A stretch of 64,000 nt of DNA from assembly GCA_039621445.1 (NCBI GenBank), contig CP154954.1, positions 18,010,589-18,074,588 of the forward strand, written 5' to 3'. Numbering within the stretch: the stretch's first letter is position 1; every line of letters starts with the position of its first letter. The stretch is from Euglena gracilis. Lineage: Eukaryota. The notes beneath the pieces were generated by a model. The model made no database searches. It saw nothing but the letters and a program-made list of their open reading frames with translations, and was not told the DNA's origin. Positions 60,301-64,000 of the stretch are shown piece by piece. The translations under genes and the position numbers were made by a program.

Positions 60301-60822
60301 CCATAGCCTTGAATTTGGACCCCAGGTCCTTTTTGTTGATGGCTGCCATAGCCATGATAATTTGAATCCTTTGGATTTGTTGAAAGGCTGCCATAGCCTT
60401 TGTCTTGACCCCTGGAAGGGGGTGGACATAGAAAAGGGGGGGGAGTCTGTTGGACCTGTGATGGTATTCCCCTTCTGTCTTCTCTTCCTGACCACAGTTG
60501 TCCATGGTCCATGGCCATTCTCATGTTGAGAGGGGGATTTGAAAATCTCAGAAGCCTTGGGGGGTGGGGGGGTTGCGATGGCCACGGACTGGCTAGTTGC
60601 TGCCGCCCCTCCAGCTTCTGCAGCTGCTGCTGTGACTCCACCTTCCCCAGCTTCAGCTGACTTCTTGAAAGTTCTTTGCAGTTCTTCTTGAGATTCAGAG
60701 TTTCTTTGAAATTCATTCTTCATGGAAATCCAGTTGTCGATATCTGTTGTGTTTCTTGTTCTTCTTTCTTGAATTTCTTCCAGTTCCAGTTGAATTCTTC
60801 CTGCAGGAAGTTGAAGTTCCAC
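57190..60822 (-). CDS. E5 overlapping ORF leading into the tyrosine recombinase N-terminal half
   Basis: 1210 aa open in a second frame over the whole pol ORF; ends with LLALHRGVDLAR. Confidence 0.8.
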   Translation of the reverse strand: MELQLPAGRIQLELEEIQERRTRNTTDIDNWISMKNEFQRNSESQEELQRTFKKSAEAGEGGVTAAAAEAGGAAATSQSVAIATPPPPKASEIFKSPSQHENGHGPWTTVVRKRRQKGNTITGPTDSPPFSMSTPFQGSRQRLWQPFNKSKGFKLSWLWQPSTKRTWGPNSRLWKPLLKRAVGPGDRLWQPVPQPGKSPLGKGVSNFPPSNFRHKPPRSGKPMPRTGHGGLYGKSRGTEKRQSQRKGQWRPSKPESQGRPEGKWWPSRPECQGRPEGKWWPRQSPHQPLGGRPKIGSDRPPPEDNQPSLVYTPSFQAQTFPHHSQTGGKPVFGKPYGRASYSPSDGATRGDPSDGATKGKDPSDGACGVPRHITPRGTPLQSPADQHPPLGQGRSQQRGIKPDKGGSYGRSSPPPSNVLKSSLQNSPGSNDCPKNSERIRMCRGNQANPPRGGKTFCPLLHNFQKRRGKDQGKTDFRLSTVKSLFHPPEVQAGTHGKHFPIPKKRMVLWKNRSERCLFSPKTAQQPGKTCLHASGGGNLAVSSCMFWYKQPATKIYDSHESLGKEVEKGGKGSFHLPRRHFAVSPQQKDCSPTFGRNKAGPFIGRFQIKPPQILSGTHTGNKTFGPVGQFEKGPAGNPTGKIKILKKGAGKSAHSTKNELQKTQLYCGASQKLFSLHAISQNSDRSTLQNGGFAHKVGLGPHPNHSKGGQRSNCGVKSVFAARCGQSLSIPGLSGSVFRQQHLAVGGAGQKLRPKSAGFLEGPAHPSHQPKRIDVSSGDSKKSGKTKTNHNASCGQPSGCKLSNKMGRQKALPKFHFKTPAVSLPRKANQFAGGLGSHKRAIGRLPDQGAKGPRGLYPKPTYLSPNPEIFQTGHHPRGGHVLHTQQQKIPQVCLSIPPPRGFAGGCLEGRFEGPPPSLCKPPLEHHSPMGSEINGKPRPDLSVDRTPLGFNIMVAPINGNQKARQQSFVGTPPMGSIHQLLGGGDAPPKVEIGLLDCVRQILQSQEVSMSSIDTYIKNLGNVKRYDSAFRTLVGQLLHKGVPLQDCTVHKMAEAILDLAAHSLNTARNAYAAVLLLPGFGSLRFSPLLSPLKRKWNSNVCKYAHFWDPTDFLENIIRKSKPLSDLSVKELRNRLIICWRLLALHRGVDLARTQRKISFVGEKNFHFIAKERVAIPKMGGDFEFATHPPHQPLAFIERICGKDSPHGWTQK
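57774..60716 (-). CDS. E5 polyprotein: gag-like/low-complexity N-terminus, RT, RNase H, N6-adenine methyltransferase-like domain
   Basis: Uninterrupted 980 aa; IDLKDAYFH, FIYLDD, FSDSS, HINQKEL, VDSQ, LADSLTR, DMFCT, YANPPW. Confidence 0.95.
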   Translation of the reverse strand: MNFKETLNLKKNCKELSRSQLKLGKVESQQQLQKLEGRQQLASPWPSQPPHPPRLLRFSNPPLNMRMAMDHGQLWSGREDRRGIPSQVQQTPPPFLCPPPSRGQDKGYGSLSTNPKDSNYHGYGSHQQKGPGVQIQGYGSHYSRGQWAQGTGYGSQYPNLERAHWGKVCPTFPPAISDTNPPGVASQCQEQAMVAFMGNQEGQRRDSPREKANGGQASLRAKGGQKANGGQAGLSARGGQKANGGQGNHHISPWGGGPRLAQTGPPQKIISPALYIPPHFRHRPSPIIHKQGESLSLESPMAGPATAPVMGQPGVTPVMGQPRGRTPVMGPVESPDTLHPGVPPYKALQTSIPHWVKAGASREVLNLIREGVMADLPLPPQMSLKVPFKTPQEVMTAQKILREYECAGATRQIPPEEAKHFVPYFIISKKEGEKTKERLISDCRQLNHYFTPQKFRLEHMGNIFPYLRKGWFCGKIDLKDAYFHLKLHSSLEKHVCMQVGGETWQFQAACFGISSLPQKFMTLMRVWERKWRKEGKVVFIYLDDILLLAPSKKTAAQHLAEIKQDLLLAGFRLNLPKSCLEPTQEIKHLGQWVNLKKGQLEIPQEKLKSLRKELGKVLTAQKMSCRKLSSIVGQVRSYLVSMPFLRILTDQLCKMVDLHTKWGWDHTLTIPKGVKDQIVELKAFLQPGVGRAFQSQASQDLFSDSSTWQWGGLDKNSGQKVQDFWRDLHILHINQKELMSAVETVKSLAKPKQTIMLHVDSQVAVSYLTKWGGKKPYLNSILKPLLYHCQEKQINLQVVWVPTKEQLADSLTREQKDPGDYTLNLHIFHQILKFFRQDITPEVDMFCTPSNKKFPKFVCRYPHQGALLVDALKADLRGLPPVYANPPWSIIPQWVQRLMVNPDLTCLLIVPHWASTSWWRQLMAIRKPGSKVLLVPPQWGLFTNCWGEEMPPPRWKLACLIVSGKYYNPRKFRCPVSTLT

Positions 60823-61299
60823 AGAAAGTTCGGTCCACCAGTTGGTAAGAGTATTGGTTCTCGGGAAGGTAGAACTCCTCGAAAAACAATTCCACTTGAA
60901 CTCGTGGTAGTAAAACTCTTTCTCCTTGAGGTCGAAGGGCAGAAATAGGAATCAGCCAACTCCGGCAACAAAAAGCAGTAAGAAGCACCCCCCGCGCACG
61001 CATGGTGGTCTCTTTCTGTGTTTCTGGGTGGGTGGTTGGGGCTGCTTGGTCGGGGGTCCCCTTTCTGGTTGGGATGTCTTTCGTTTTCTGCTGATTTTTT
61101 GGGTGGGAGGGTTGGGCTCACCATCTTCTTGTGCTTCGCCCTCTTGGTCCCTTCCTCCCCCTTCCTCTGTCGTGGGAGTCCGAGTACCACGCTCCTGGAG
61201 CATCATCCGGGCCCCGGGTAGGCCCCTTGGAGGCAGGGCCATCGTGGCCCTGTCGGCCTTGGGCATTGCATGACGTGGGGCACTTCTAATCCTAATCCC

Positions 61300-62105
61300 A
61301 ATCCCACACACCCCCCCACACACCCCCCCACACCCCCCCACACACCCCCCCACACACCCCCCACACTCATGTTGACTGTGCGCAATTGTTCGGGTGTCAT
61401 TTTTTTGACTTACTCGGCCTTCGGCCTCGTCGCGCCGCGGCCTTCGGCCGTGGCCCGGGGGGGGGGGGCCGCCCCCCAGACCCCCCCAGAACCAAAATAA
61501 CATCATCCCCTTGTGTGTGCAAGGCAAGGGAAAGAAAATCCACTTTCCTCAGATTTGGCACCCCCTCACGCCCCCCCACACCCCCTCCACACCCCCCCAC
61601 ACCCCCCACCCCCCCCCCCCCATCCCCCCCACACCCCCCCACACACCCCCCCCACACTCCCCCACCCCCCCCCCCACACACCCCCCACACCCCCCCCACA
61701 CTCATGTTGACTGTGCGCAATTGTTCGGGTGTCATTTTTTGACTTACTCGGCCTTCGCCCTCGGCGCCCCGCGGCCTTCGCCCGCGCCCCGGGGGGGGGG
61801 GGGCGCCCCCCGGACCCCCCCCCAGAACCAAAATAACATCATCCCCTTGTGCGTGCAAGGCAAGGGAAGAAAATCCACTTTCCTCAGATTTGGCACCCCC
61901 TCACACCCCCCCCCCCCCCCCCCCCCACACAACCCACCCCCCCCACACCGCCCCACCCCCCCCCCACACCACTCCCCCACCCCCCCCCCCACACCCCCCC
62001 ACACTACCCCCCCCACATACCCCCCCCACACCCCCCCCCCACACTACCCCCCCCACACATACCCCCCCACACACCCCCCCCACACACCCCCCCCACAGTA
62101 CCCCA
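61300..62105. repeat. Tandem duplication (~335-bp period) with C-rich low-complexity tracts
   Basis: CACACTCATGTTGACTGTGCGCAATTGTTCGGGTGTC...CAGATTTGGCACCCCCTCAC occurs twice. Confidence 0.88.
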
Positions 62106-64000
62106 CATTTAAGTGTGGGGGCTCCACTTTATGCCATATGTGCAACGATGTTTGACGAAACCAAACGTACACAGGTGGTGGCAAAAATTGCCGTCCGAAC
62201 ACGTGGTGTTTATCGGACAAGCGTGTTCGTTGGACACAGAGGAGGGGGGAATATTTTAACCGGAACGAGCAAATCAATTCAATGATAATTCAATGTTCAT
62301 TGGTTCTGTTGATGAAATGATGGTGCTGATTTTCCCAATTGATGGGGGAAGCCGAAGATGTGAGAGCAACCACAGATCAGCCCCCTTGAAGCTTCGATTG
62401 CGACCTGAAAATGTCGACCCGTGGCCCAAGGTGCGAACCATTTGTGGAGAAGTGGGGGGTTCACGAGGAGCACGACACTGGGTCAGCTCGGTAAGTGCGG
62501 TAGAGGGGAGGGCACACCTTGCACGGGAAATTGCCAGAAAAAAACTGCACCCAGATTGTCCAGATATCACACCTCGAAACAGAACCACCTCTAAACTCTG
62601 GAAAGGAGATGTCCTGTTCGTGCCTTCTTCATGAGCTCTTTTCTCTGTCATCTTTTGGGAGAAACAAAATAGACAAAAACAGAATCATCTACTCTCTTCC
62701 AGCATTTCTTAATTACTGTGAGTGTGACTGCTGGGGACAAGTACGTTGCTGTCCCGACGAAGCGCCCCGAAACAAGACAGTTGGTTGAAATCCTTGGGAG
62801 GTTACTTTGGTAAAGATGTTCGGGGGAAGGTTGGGGGGTGTTTTGTATGCCGGACAATACAATCACTTAGTCACTGGCCAACCCCCCCCCAGGGGTTGGG
62901 TGACAGATTTTTTTCAGAGTGACTGACTGGTTTTTGGCCTCCACCCCCTCCGCCCCCTGGGGGTCAGCAAAAAAAACAACACTGAAGTGGCCAGGCGCAA
63001 AAGGCGCCGGAAAAATCCTCTGGCCTCATTCTCACGTTTGTGGTCAGTCAAATTTCCCTTGGATTCCAGAGTCGCTGACCACCCGGGGGGGGGGGGGGTA
63101 TTGACTGACTGGTTTTCTGAGGAGAGAAAAAAAATATGAGTAAGTGGTTTTTGGAGGAATGGAAATGACCACTCGGGGGTCGTTGGAAAAATTGGATGTG
63201 GAACCCGCTCTGGAACCCGCTCTTCCTGGGACTTGGGTTAAATTTCTGTCGCGTGAATCATGGAACGTTGACCTGTTTTTCCTGTCCATACCATTGCTTA
63301 CCCACCCCACCCACGGGGGGGGGGTCACTTTCCACTTCCAAAGCCAGTCACCCACTTCACACCCCGGGGGGTTGGACATGCCTGAAGCAATGGCATGGCC
63401 CCGTCCCCAGACTGTACTCTGTTTCTTCAAATCAAGTCTGACGTTTGAAATGATTGGAAAGTAGCATTTCCAAAGCCCCTGACATGGAAAAGACCACTTC
63501 GAAAATGCACCACAAATGCAAAAAAAAAACCCAACAAGCACGATAGAGGTCTATTCCCGGCCAAATCCTTGAGGCCAGAGAGGCACCAGTTGTGGACGCG
63601 ACCATGAATGTGTCTGTGCCGAACCAGCAAATGACAAAAAACATGCGAGGGGAATGGAATTTGGAATTGATTTGAGCCCCATTTCCCCCCGGAGGCTATC
63701 TTTGATCTTCCTATTCAAAACATTTCAAAAATTTCCGCACACCCTTTTGGGTAAACCCTCCTCCCAAATAGTACCCTTCTGGGTATTATTTTTTCGCCCG
63801 AAGTCCCGGCCCGAGGGGGGGGTATCATTTGGGTGGAGTGTAATAGCATCCCAAAATTTTCGAAATTTTTCGAAGTCCCGTAGGACCCAAAATAGCACCC
63901 AAAACCCCCCTTTGGGGTCATTTTTTGTACTTTCTCATGAAATTTTACAATTTTGGAGGCCAGATGATCCACAAAATTGATTTTTTCCCCTAATTTGTTG

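Larger units (their letters stand above)
56467..61183 (-). mobile_element. DIRS-type element E5 (family B), near-intact, with split direct repeats plus internal inverted repeats
   Basis: A1 61183-~61002; B1-A2 ~56908-56692; B2 ~56500-56467; inverted segments ~60955-61000 and ~56541-56589. Confidence 0.93.

Noticed and set aside
20283-61183. Retron/DGR/group II intron or prophage interpretation of RT plus recombinase plus methylase
   Set aside because: Domain order and terminal structure are those of DIRS retrotransposons.
62140-63650. Short ORFs near the window end
   Set aside because: No motif recognised in any frame; interrupted by a MITE-like repeat.

Overview
Eukaryotic, repeat-rich window, most likely from a euglenid. 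The organism is inferred from intron structure; the species cannot be determined. 4-17.1 kb holds the 3' part of a plant-type phospholipase D gene (+ strand, 12 visible exons). It is split by GT-AG introns and by three (probably four) non-conventional, stem-defined euglenid-type introns. The introns carry many MITEs, including a Tc1/mariner DD37E foldback. 20-40 kb and 51.6-61.2 kb hold six DIRS-type tyrosine-recombinase retrotransposons (gag-like, RT, RNase H, N6-methyltransferase-like, YR), several nested inside each other's terminal repeats. Two families share a homologous att-like circular-junction sequence (9-bp inverted arms around a 6-bp spacer). Family A uses it in the DIRS1 ITR/ICR arrangement; family B uses it in a PAT-like split-direct-repeat arrangement while keeping inverted repeats, which is the layout expected from flipping the junction between the ITRs. 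Also present: tRNA-Gln(CUG), a divergent tRNA-like head with a structured body, candidate HDV-like ribozyme motifs at 40.5-43.3 kb, minisatellites and microsatellites. All coordinates were read by eye. Many frameshifts fall in homopolymer runs and may be sequencing errors.
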